NCBI GenBank assembly: GCA_033763735.1
Contig: JANRJY010000104.1
Coordinates: 7,738-71,737, forward strand
From: Bacteroidota bacterium
GTDB lineage: Bacteria; Bacteroidota; Bacteroidia; Cytophagales; UBA9547
DNA: 64,000 nt
Direction: 5' to 3'
Below, one piece after another: positions 19,309-30,200 of the stretch; position 1 is the first letter of the stretch, and each line of letters opens with the position of its first letter. Below the pieces are notes generated by a model. It was not told the origin of the DNA. It worked only from the letters and a program-made list of their open reading frames with translations, and made no database searches. Made by a program: the position numbers and the translations under genes.

Positions 19309-20778
19309 TTATTTGGGCAAATGTTTGTGTCGGTTGGGAATGGTTAAAGTAAATACCGATCCTTCTCCATATTCAGATTTCACCTCAATTGTACCATGCA
19401 ATTTGTACACAATTTGTTGAACCACATATAATCCTAAACCGGAACCTCCATTATTATCTGCTCCTTTAAAAAACATGTCAAATACTTTATCAATATACTG
19501 CGGCTTTATTCCAATACCATTATCAATAAACGATACAACCGCAACATCTTCATTTACATTAATATTGATTTTGATAAAAGAGTCAGCCATTTTTAGATTT
19601 TGAAACTTTATTGCGTTTGAAAGTATATTGCTAAATAATATAGATATACGCATTTTATCAGATACAAAATCGGCATTTTGGCTTACTGAAAATATTTTTT
19701 GAATTCTATTAAAATATTCTTTTTCCTGAAGCATGTCTATTTGATCATGATAAATTTCTTCAAAATCGACCAAATCAAACTCAATATCCATTTTATTGTT
19801 TCTGGAGTAATTAGTCATGTCAGACACATAATTGTCCAATTTTTCGACAGAAATATTTATTAAGTCAAGATATTTTACCTTTTTCAGATCGTCTTTCTCC
19901 ATTTTTATGAGATTAACCAACCCTTTAATGGATTTCATCGGTGATTTCAAATCGTGTGAAGCACGATATAAAAAATTATCGAGTTCCGTATTTGCCTTAA
20001 CTAGTTCAATTTCAGCTAATTTTCTATCGTCTATAGGAGTAGCAATAGCCAATAAAAACTCAGGTTTTTTTGAATCATCCAAAGAAATAATTCTCTGGCG
20101 CATTTGCACCCATTGAATAGAGTTATCTTTACATTTCACCCTAAACTCAACTTCTTCCGGCAGACTACTTTTATTTTCAAGTACTCTTTTCCAATGTTCG
20201 TCCATTAATTGTGAATCATCTGAATGAATCAAATCAGGTGGACTAAGTGATAAAAATTCATCCCTGGAGTAGCCAAATACCATGTCTTTATTAAAATAAA
20301 TCGATTTTTTTGATTTCATGTCAATCAAGTTGATAATATCAGGAGAAAAATCAGCAATCATCTTGAATTTTTCTTCATTATATCTTAAAATGTCATAAAC
20401 AGGAGTTTCTTTAGAAACAGCATCTGCGTTCTTTTTAAAAGAATTTGCATTGATAGCTGAATCAATTACTGTAAATCCGTCTTTTGATTTAAGTATTTCC
20501 AATTGGTTTGAATCACTATGTTGATTCAAAATCAATACTGGTATTTTGGTTGTATAATTTGAAATATAATTAAATACCTGTAAACACAATTTTTCAGTAA
20601 TTGCATGAAAAAACACTACTAATGCACTTGGTATGGTGTCTTTTATAATTTTTTCAAACGAATTTATTGTAGAAATATCACCCAAAACACCATTTTTAAG
20701 ATCATTAAAATAATAATCTGATTGGTTGGAACCGGAAAGGTTATATCCAACTAGGAGTATGTTACTATTGGCTATCAC
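19309..20778 (-). CDS. Cytoplasmic PAS sensor histidine kinase with an N-terminal degenerate receiver-like domain
   Basis: H-box RASHDLKSPMKSIKG. HATPase motifs are present (NILSNAIKF, DNGIGI, GGSGLGLYVV). A PAS-like segment lies at aa 130-250. The N-terminal 110 aa is REC-shaped but lacks the acidic pocket. GTG start. Confidence 0.85.
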   Translation of the reverse strand: MIANSNILLVGYNLSGSNQSDYYFNDLKNGVLGDISTINSFEKIIKDTIPSALVVFFHAITEKLCLQVFNYISNYTTKIPVLILNQHSDSNQLEILKSKDGFTVIDSAINANSFKKNADAVSKETPVYDILRYNEEKFKMIADFSPDIINLIDMKSKKSIYFNKDMVFGYSRDEFLSLSPPDLIHSDDSQLMDEHWKRVLENKSSLPEEVEFRVKCKDNSIQWVQMRQRIISLDDSKKPEFLLAIATPIDDRKLAEIELVKANTELDNFLYRASHDLKSPMKSIKGLVNLIKMEKDDLKKVKYLDLINISVEKLDNYVSDMTNYSRNNKMDIEFDLVDFEEIYHDQIDMLQEKEYFNRIQKIFSVSQNADFVSDKMRISILFSNILSNAIKFQNLKMADSFIKININVNEDVAVVSFIDNGIGIKPQYIDKVFDMFFKGADNNGGSGLGLYVVQQIVYKLHGTIEVKSEYGEGSVFTLTIPNRHKHLPK

Positions 20779-21203
20779 AAAAATTAAGAGATAGAAATTT
20801 GGGGTTTGATGTATGTATTCGTAAAAATTGTAATAAATGTTACATAAAAAAGATAAAAAAGATAACGGAGAAATAATTTATCATTAATAATGTCTGTAAT
20901 ATGATTTGTAGCTTAATATAATTCAGTAAATGATAAATTCATTACGGAAAAGTAACATGAAATTTCTTAAATCTATCTAATTATTAACCTGTAAACCAAT
21001 TAAAAATCCCGAATTAATTATTTTATATTTAAATGACAACCTAAAATTATATGGCTATAGCTTTAAAAATCAAGCATATTTTAACTAAATTTTTAAAATT
21101 AAAATAATATTATTTTTTCATTGAATAATACCATTTTTTATTTATATTAGATAAACAAATAAGCTTTCAAATTATAAAATATTACGCTTAAATAACTAAT
21201 AAA

Positions 21204-24200
21204 ATGAAAAATATTACCCTAAAAATCTGCCTTCTTTTTATTACAATTTGCTCTATTGTAATAACGTATGGACAAAATGGTTATTTCCAAGATTTCAACA
21301 CAGGAGGCGTACCTTCCGGATTTAGTTGGGAATCTTCATATACGGTTTCCGTTCAGAACCAAGCATTGGAGATCAATGTTAACAAAGCAGATCTATTTCA
21401 CGGAGTTGCTGTTAATTTTCCTACTGCATTGGATTTATCAGCAACAAATAGAAGAAAAGTGAGCTTCCGAATCAAAACAGATACCACAACAAGAAAACTG
21501 CCTTATGAAATAGGTCTTTCAGTGTTCAATGCAGGTACTACAAACAACTCAGGAGGTAGAAGAACATTCAAAGTCATATATCCGACCGGCAAATGGCAAA
21601 CTGTTTCTTTTGACTTCAATGATGCTTCATTTTCAGCAAACTTTAGTGCCATTACACAGCTGAATTTCACATTTCAGCCGGTTGGTTACATGGAAGGTAA
21701 TGTAAAGGTACAAATAGATGATTTAGCAGTTGGTAACAATGGAACACCCGGGCAAGCTGCAATAGCAGCACCTTATTTTTTAGGAATTCCCAACCAAGAA
21801 ATACCTATAAATAGTTCATTTACCTATAAAATACGAAATATTGTAGATGCAGATAATTTAAACAGTAATGTCACTTTTGCAGCTGTAAGTTCTAATACGG
21901 CTATATTGCCTAATCCTACATTTACTCCAAATCCATTTTTAAGTAATAATTATTTCACATTCACTTCCGGCAATGGAAGTTCTGGTGATTTAATAACAAA
22001 TCGTGTTTTAAATATGGTTATGACTCCGAATGCAAATCAGTTTGGAATGGTAACTGTTACAGTGACTGCTACAGCTGCAAGCCAAATTGCCGGTATCACA
22101 TCAGTACCTTATAGATATATATTCAGCGTAGATGTAAAAAGAAATGTTGCTCCTACTATAGGTACAATTCCAACTTCACTAACAATTGGCTCAGACAGGA
22201 CTACCACAATCGATTTAGATAATATATTTTCCGGAAATGGAGAATCAGCTCAAATAATGACAATTAGTGGCTTAAGTTCGGATCAATCCATATTACAGAA
22301 CTCACAAATAGTTGCCTCTTATATTGGAATTTCAATGTCCGGAAAAATCTCCATTACACCTATACAGTTTGCAAGTCCTGCTTCCAAAATATTTAACCTT
22401 ACAGTCAATATAAAAGACAACGGTGGAATAGTAGCTGGAGGTAGCGATCAAACAAATTATATAATCCCTGTTACTATTTTACCTACCTATTACAATGCTC
22501 CCACGATACCTATTATACCTGATCAGGTAGATAATATTATAACCCAAGGACCTCGTACAATTAGAATTGAACCCATTACTGACGGCAACGGAGGTTCTAG
22601 AATATCTTCTGTAACAGCTGTGAGTGGCAATACAGGGATATTAGCTAACCCAACTGTATCATATACCCCAGGCAACAACTTTGCATTATTGACATACAAT
22701 TCATTAGTAGTAGGTACTACCAATATATCCATAACTGCCACAAATTTTGGTGCTCCGGCAAATAGCAATGGCAATTCTTCATTCACACGTGCTTTCGTAA
22801 TGACCGCATTAAATCCACCTCAAGCTGGTTATATAGAACCTATGACTGTGAGAACAATAGTAGGACCAAATGATGCAGATGGAAGATTTTCAACAGTTGC
22901 TGGAACTTGGTATGTTGAGCATCAAGGTTCACAACAAACGGTTACCATAAATACTACTACCGGAGTTTTTACAAATGTAATGACGAAAGCAGGAACAGCT
23001 CCATTATACTTTGCAGGTGTTTGGTATAAACCTTACGGAGGTGGCCAATTATTTGACTTTGCTACTTATCCATATTTAAGCGTTAATTTAAGTACTACTA
23101 ATACAGCTGGTGCAGTTGCTATAGATTTGTGGGATGTTAATGGAAATAGATATGGATTAACTTCTTCCATTGCAATTTCAGGTACGCCAACTGTATACAC
23201 ATTCTGTTATACTGGTACTCCGGATCCGGGATTTGATTTTTCAAAAGTAAAAACGATTCTTTTTAATTTTGGGGTAACACCTTTTAATACAGGTGCAGGA
23301 AGTTGGGCGCCTTATAACGGTACTTATACAATGAGAGATTTGCGTATTGGAAGCAGTGCATTAGGAAGTGGTAGTTGTACTCTACCTATACCTAATGTAG
23401 TTATTGGTGAAGCTCCAAATCCATATCACTTAACCGTTCAAACAGGCACAAAAACAGTAACAATAAGTGGAATAAATGCCGGTTCAACTCCTATTACCGG
23501 TCAAAACAACAACCCAGTAAGTTTATCAGTAAATGGTTCATTTTCACCTAGCATTCAATCATTTAACACTGCTACTGGAATTGCAGTAATACAATACACA
23601 ACTGGAGGAGCGGCCACTGGCACAATTAATGTAGTTGGTAACGCAACAGGCTCAAACCAAACAACACGTTCGTTTACAGTAACCGTGCAAGCAGCTCCGG
23701 CTTCTCAAAATGTAGTTGTAACCAACGACTTGAATGCAAATTTTGGCGATGGAAATAAAGGACAAACTATAGATGGTAGTCCATTTGGTGTATGTGAAAT
23801 ATGGGGTCCAAGTGGTGGTTCTGGTTTACCGGATTCATATTATGATATGCTAAAAGAAGCCAATGTGCAATCCATGCGTGTGGGTATTTGGGATTTTGAA
23901 CCTAAAAATGACAATAATAATCCTTTTGTATTAGACAAAACCAAGTTGGATTATACAGCTATGGGTGTAGAATTTTTCAAAAAAGCAAGAGCTGCTGGTG
24001 TAGAAAGATTTATGGTTACTTTCTTTTCTCCTCCAAGTTTTGTGAAATACAATAATTCTTATGGCGTTCCTAATTCTCCTTTTACACAGTCACCAGGATT
24101 TGTAGTCACAAATACTGTCGATTCCTCTTATTACGAAGAATATGCAGAATATGCAGTTGCTTTTGTACAAGGAATAAAAGAAAAATCAGGTGTTGATATT

Positions 24201-27200
24201 TATGGTTTGAGTCTTGGAAATGAAATCCAATTTAACCAGACGTATCAATCAGTGGTTTATACAACTGCCCAATATGTTGAAATCGTAAGAAGAGTAGGCA
24301 GAAGATTAGCCGCTGCGGGACTTAAAACATTTATTTGGGGGGCAGAAACACTTCAAGGACAAGATTCAGGTAATAATTATTTAAAAGCTGTTCAGAATGA
24401 TCCTGAAACTAGAAATTATTTTAGTGGCTATGCGATTCATGCGTATGCCGCGAATGGTGTGGGTCAAGCAGCACCAAGTTGGGGTTCAGTGGTTACTGAT
24501 TCCAGAAATTCCCTTTCTAACGGAGGATTAACATTGTTGCGTCAAAGTCCAATAGCCACAGTAGGTCCGGGTGGGGAACAGCATAATGGAAATGGTGGAA
24601 TTGGTATTCCTATTTATCAATCTGAGACTTCACAAGGTGGTTTAACAGAAGCTCAATATAAAAGCTGGGACAATGCTATGGGTATATTTGCAGGGGTGTC
24701 TACTTCTTTAAATGTAGGTAAAAATTCAGGTTGGTATTACATTGGAATTAATAAAGATGCAAAAATGTATTACACATATAAACACTTAGACAAATTTGTA
24801 TTTGGTGGTGCAAGAGCTATTCCGGTAACTCAACCTAGTGGAACAAATGTGTCGGCAGTTCGAAATCCTGATGGTTCGGTATGTGTGATGCTTGCCAACG
24901 ACAATACGGCAATGCGAACTTTTTCTTTTGGAGGTACCAACATGCCAAGTGTCAATAGAGCATTTCTTTCAGTTGATAATTTATTTTGGAAAGACTTGGG
25001 TACAATTACAGGAAGCATCAGTGTTCCACCTAATTCCCTACTTACTTTATGGGGTGGTGGTAATGCCTTGGTCGCTGCAAGTGGCATAACTGTTTCAGGG
25101 GCTACAACAACTAATGTAGCAGGTGGATCGATCCAATTTACTGAAACTGTATTACCTGCAAATCTTGTTGACAAGTCGGTAACTTGGTCAGTTATAACCT
25201 TAACAGGGAATGCTACAATCAATCAATCAGGATTAATGACGGCAGTTTCAAATGGTACTGTGAGGGTAAGAGCAACCTCTGTAGCTACTCCAACTGTTTT
25301 TGGTGAAATAGTTGTAACCCTCTCAGGACAATATGTAAAAGTAACTGCGATATCTGTAGATGGAGTAGGTGGCGTTAGAAATGTGGCAACAGCATCTACT
25401 TTACAAATGACTGTTACTGGTGTATTACCAACTGCCGCACCATTAAGGGAAGCAAGTTGGTCATTAAACCCTTCTTCAGGAATTGCTTCAATTAATGCTA
25501 CTGGTTTATTGACAGGTATTTCTTCAGGAGTAGTAACTGTAATAGGTACTTCATTGGACAATAATACTGTAACAAGTAGGGTTGTAGTAACTGTAACCAG
25601 TTCAAGTGTTGCAATAACTTCTGCTACTGTCACCGGAGGATCGAACCAAATTACAACAGCTGGAGGCACTTTGGCTATGACATCAACATATAGTCCTGCC
25701 AACGCAACTAGTACTACTGTTGGTTGGTCAATATCAGGCTCAATAGCAAGTATTAATCCTACAACTGGTTTAGTCACAGCACTAAATAACGGAAACGGTG
25801 TGGTTACTGTGACTTCGACTTATGTTTCATGGGGAATTACTGCCTCAAGAGTTATCACTATAAGTGGGCAAACATCTTTAATTACTTCTGCTACAATAAA
25901 TGGAGTAGGTGGAGTTTCTGTAATAAATACGGCAAACGGAACCTTACAAATGACTGTTACCGGATATTTACCAACCGATGCTACTAATACAACTCCAACA
26001 TGGAGCATTTTAGCTCCTTCTTTAGGCAATTCAATAAATGCTTCAGGATTATTATCAGCAACTACCAATAGTAATGGTGTGGTAACTGTTCAGGCTGCCT
26101 TTGGTGCAGTAACTGCCACTAGAGTAATAACCATTTCTAATCAAAATGTGCCGGTCACGGCAGCCACAATAAACGGAGTGGGTGGTGTAACGACTATAAA
26201 TGTAGCCAATGGTACCTTACAAATGACTACAACCGGATTAGCTCCTTTGGGAGCCAATCAAAATACAACTCCAACCTGGAGTATTTTGGCACCCGCTTTT
26301 GGAAACTCCATCAATGCTTCCGGATTACTATCTGCTACCACTAATAGTAATGGTGTGGTAACTGTACAAGCTGCTTTTGGTGCAGTAACTGCCACTAGAG
26401 TAATCACCATTTCTAATCAAAATGTGCCGGTTACCGCAGCCACAATAAACGGAGTAGGTGGTGTATCGACTATAAATGTAGCCAATGGGACCTTGCAAAT
26501 GACCACAACCGGACTAGCCCCCTTGGGAGCCAATCAAAATACAACTCCTACCTGGAGTATTTTGGCACCGGCTTTAGGAAACTCAATAAATGCATCAGGA
26601 TTACTTTCTGCTACTACCAATAGCAATGGTGTAGTAACCGTTCAAGCTGCCTTTGGTGCAGTAACTGCCACTAGAGTAATAACCATTTCTAATCAAAATG
26701 TACCTGTAACAGCGGCAACAATTAATGGTGTTGGAGGCGTTTCGGTAATTACTTCAAATTTAGGTACCTTACAATTAACAACTACTGGATTAGCACCATT
26801 AGGAGCTAATCAAAATACAACTCCTACTTGGACTTTAATAGGAGGAACAGCCGCTTCATTGAATGCAGCTACTGGCGTATTAACTGCAATAAACAATGGC
26901 GTAGTGACCGTTCAAGGGGCATTCGGATCAGTTATTGCTACTAGAGTAATTACTGTTAGCAATCAATTAACAGGAATTTCTATCACAGCCGCTAATTCTA
27001 TTATTGGAGTTGATTTGGGAACGAAACAAATGATTTTGACTTATGTTCCTGCAACTGCAAGTGCTTTAGGAGTCAATTGGTCAACTAACAATGCAAATGC
27101 ATCAGTTAATTCATCCGGATTAGTTTCAGCTTTGCTAAATGGGCTTGTAACAGTAACAGCTACTTCCATTCAAAACAATGCATTTACCTCAAGTTACGTT

Positions 27201-30200
27201 ATAACAATTACAAATCAGGCAGCTTCTTTTGTACCTGTAACTTCTGTTGTATTATCAGGAACTGCATCTATAATTTCAACTGGAAGTACAACCATAACTG
27301 GTACCGTATTACCTGCAAATGCCACAAACCCTGCTTTAAGTTGGTCATTAGTTCCTCCTACCGGAGTAGCTAATATTGGTGCTTCAACTTCGAATAATGC
27401 GGTTTTAAATGGTATAGGCAACGGGGTTGTTACTTTAATTGGGACTTCAGTAAGTAATGGTTCTGTTTTTGGAATTAGAATTATTACGGTTAGTGGATTT
27501 GCGATACCAGTTACATCAACAACAGTCAACGGTGCTGGAGGCATTAATCAAATTACCGCTTCCAATGGTACGTTACAAATGTTAGCTCCTTATTCACCAT
27601 CCAATGCGAATGCAAATACTGTATTAGGTTGGACATTAATTGACCCAACCGGCAAAAACAGCATCAATGCAACTTCCGGATTATTGCAAGCCAATACCGA
27701 TGGAAATGGATTAGTAACCGTTACAGGTGCATATGGGGCTGTAACATCAAGAAGAGTTGTAACCATTTCAGGTCAAGGAATCACTGCAACGAGTATGACA
27801 ATTAATGGTTCAAACATTACTACTCAAAGTGGAACTACCGCTATGACTGTTGTGTTTAATCCATCAAACGCAAATGTGGGCACATCTGTAGGCTGGACAT
27901 CGTCAAATGCTTCAATTGCCAGTGTAAATGCCTCAACTGGTATTGTTTCTGCTGTTACAAATGGTATTGTAACAATTACAGGAACCGCTGGTTCATTAAC
28001 TTCTACTAAAATATTGACAATATCTGGTCAATTTGTTGGTATCCCTGTTACTTCAACTACTGTAAACGGCACCGGGGGCGTAAATCAAATAACTGTCGCA
28101 AATGGAACGCTACAAATGTTAGCTCCTTATTCTCCGGTAAATGCGAATCAAAACACCTTGTTGGGATGGTCAATAATTGACCCAACCGGCAAAAACAGTA
28201 TCAATGCAACTACCGGTCTATTGCAAGCCAATACTGATGGTAATGGATTGGTCACCATTACAGGTGCATATGGTGCTGTAACATCAAGAAGAGTTGTTAC
28301 CATTTCAGGTCAAGGAATTACTGCTACCAGTATCACAATAAATGGAGCAAACATTTCTGTGCTGAATGGAACTTCCCAAATGACAGCATCTTTTGGTCCT
28401 GTAGGAGCAAATGTAGGGACAACAGTAATTTGGTCATCAAATCCTTCAGGAAGGATAAATGGCACTGGATTAGTATCAGCAAATGGCCTAAACGAAATAG
28501 TTACGATTACGGGAACTGCAGGGTCATTAACTGCCATAAAATTGATAACAATCACTGGACAACAAATTCAGGTTACATCAATCTCTATTTCAGGTTCAAA
28601 TACAATTAATACACCTGGGGGAGCTGTGTTCTTAAATAGTTCGGTTTTACCGTTGAATGCAACAAATACTAATATTAGTTGGTCAATTATTACCGTATCA
28701 GGTGGTGGATTAGCAACTATAAATAATTCGGGAACTGTAGTTGCTCAACGTAATGGAAACGGGATAGTAACTGTAGTTGGTACTGCATTAGATGGTTCAG
28801 GTGTTGTAACGTATTTTCCAATTACAATTTCAGGACAAGCCAATGATTTGATTTCGCTTTCGGTTTTTGGACAAGGTGGCAATGAAATAACTGCTAATGG
28901 GGCAAGTAAATTAATGCAAGTAACTCCTTTCCCTTCAAATGCCAATGGTTCTGTTACGTGGAGTATTATAACAACTCCTGGACAAGGAAAAGCAACAATA
29001 GATAATACCGGATTGGTAACTGCTTTGGTTAATGGAAATGGAACGGTTACAGTTGTTGGAACATCTGTTGAAAACAGTTCGATAAGTGCTTTTGCAGTTT
29101 TAACAATAAGTGGTCAATTAATTCCAATTACATCTATCACATTATCAGCAGCCAGTGGGAATGCTGCAATTACAGTTGATGATGCAATTCTGCAAATAAA
29201 CTATGCTTTATCTCCTGCAAATACCACACAAAATAACATTCTCTATTCAATTACTGGCCAAAACAACTTTGGAATACCTAATCCATCAGGAGCTGAATTA
29301 GCCATTATTAGAGGCAATGGTGTTCTTGAATCTCTATGGAATGGAATCGTTACAATAGTTGGTTATTCGAGTCAAAATCCAACGGTTAGAGATATAATTG
29401 TTGTTACTATTTCTAATCAATACATCAACGTAACTTCTATTTCAGGAATAGCTCCAAAATGGACTATTCCACAAGTATTAAATGGAAATAAAGCAGGTGT
29501 TACTGTAACAGGCTGGGCTGCTTACCCAACTTTTGCTTCAAATACGACATTAGAGTATGAAGCAATTTCTGGAGCAAAATATGTTACTATTGTTGGAAAT
29601 GCAATCAATACCCTTGACAATGGAGATGGAATTGCTTTTGTCAGAGTTAGATCTGTTTCTGATACAGCGATTAAATATATTTTAACAATTTCTGCTATAA
29701 ATCAATCAAATGCTTTGTCTATTGTTGTATCTGATGACAATACCACTTATGCTTCAGGAAGTGAATTACAAGTTGGTGCTTTTTACCTGGTTTCAGGTGA
29801 ATTATCACCAAATGCACTCTCGTTAGATGAAATGAAGAAAAGAATGACTTATCAATTCTTACCTCAAAGTGCTGTTATTCAAAGTGCTGATGGTTCATTT
29901 CAAATTGTTGGTGGAACTTCTGTGACAATTATTGGTACATATTTGAACAATCCATCCTTGACAAATACACAAGTTTTCTCTATTGCAAACACGAATTCAA
30001 CTGTTGGCACTAATATAACTATGAGTGTTTTTGATAACACAAAAACATATCCAACAAAAAGTACATTAAAAAGTGGATCATACTATACTGTTGCTGGTGT
30101 TTTAACTCCGGATATTTATAGTGTAATTGAAATGCAATCAAAAATGGTGTATCAGTTTTATCCACAAAATGCAGTTTCGCAAAGTCAAAATGGAGCATTT

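Noticed and set aside
20779-21203. Promoter call in the 425-bp AT-rich region upstream of the giant gene
   Set aside because: I scanned by eye for a TTTG / TAnnTTTG pair and found no convincing match at sensible spacing. The region is surely regulatory, but I cannot place a specific site.
24830-25777. 130-aa and 184-aa minus-strand ORFs inside the giant gene, with similar ones at 22523, 25820, 27215, 28310 and 28745
   Set aside because: They are mirror images of the Thr/Val/Gly/Asn-rich Big_2 coding repeats, where codon bias leaves the opposite strand free of stops. The plus-strand frame has clear domain structure, a signal peptide and a T9SS CTD.
25842-26936. CRISPR-like or mobile-element interpretation of the 276-nt repeats (also considered for the 21-bp repeat at 41959-42028)
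   Set aside because: The 276-nt units are contiguous, in frame and code for Big_2 domains, with no spacers. The 21-bp units are also contiguous without spacers. No cas, transposase or integrase genes and no terminal inverted repeats occur in the window.
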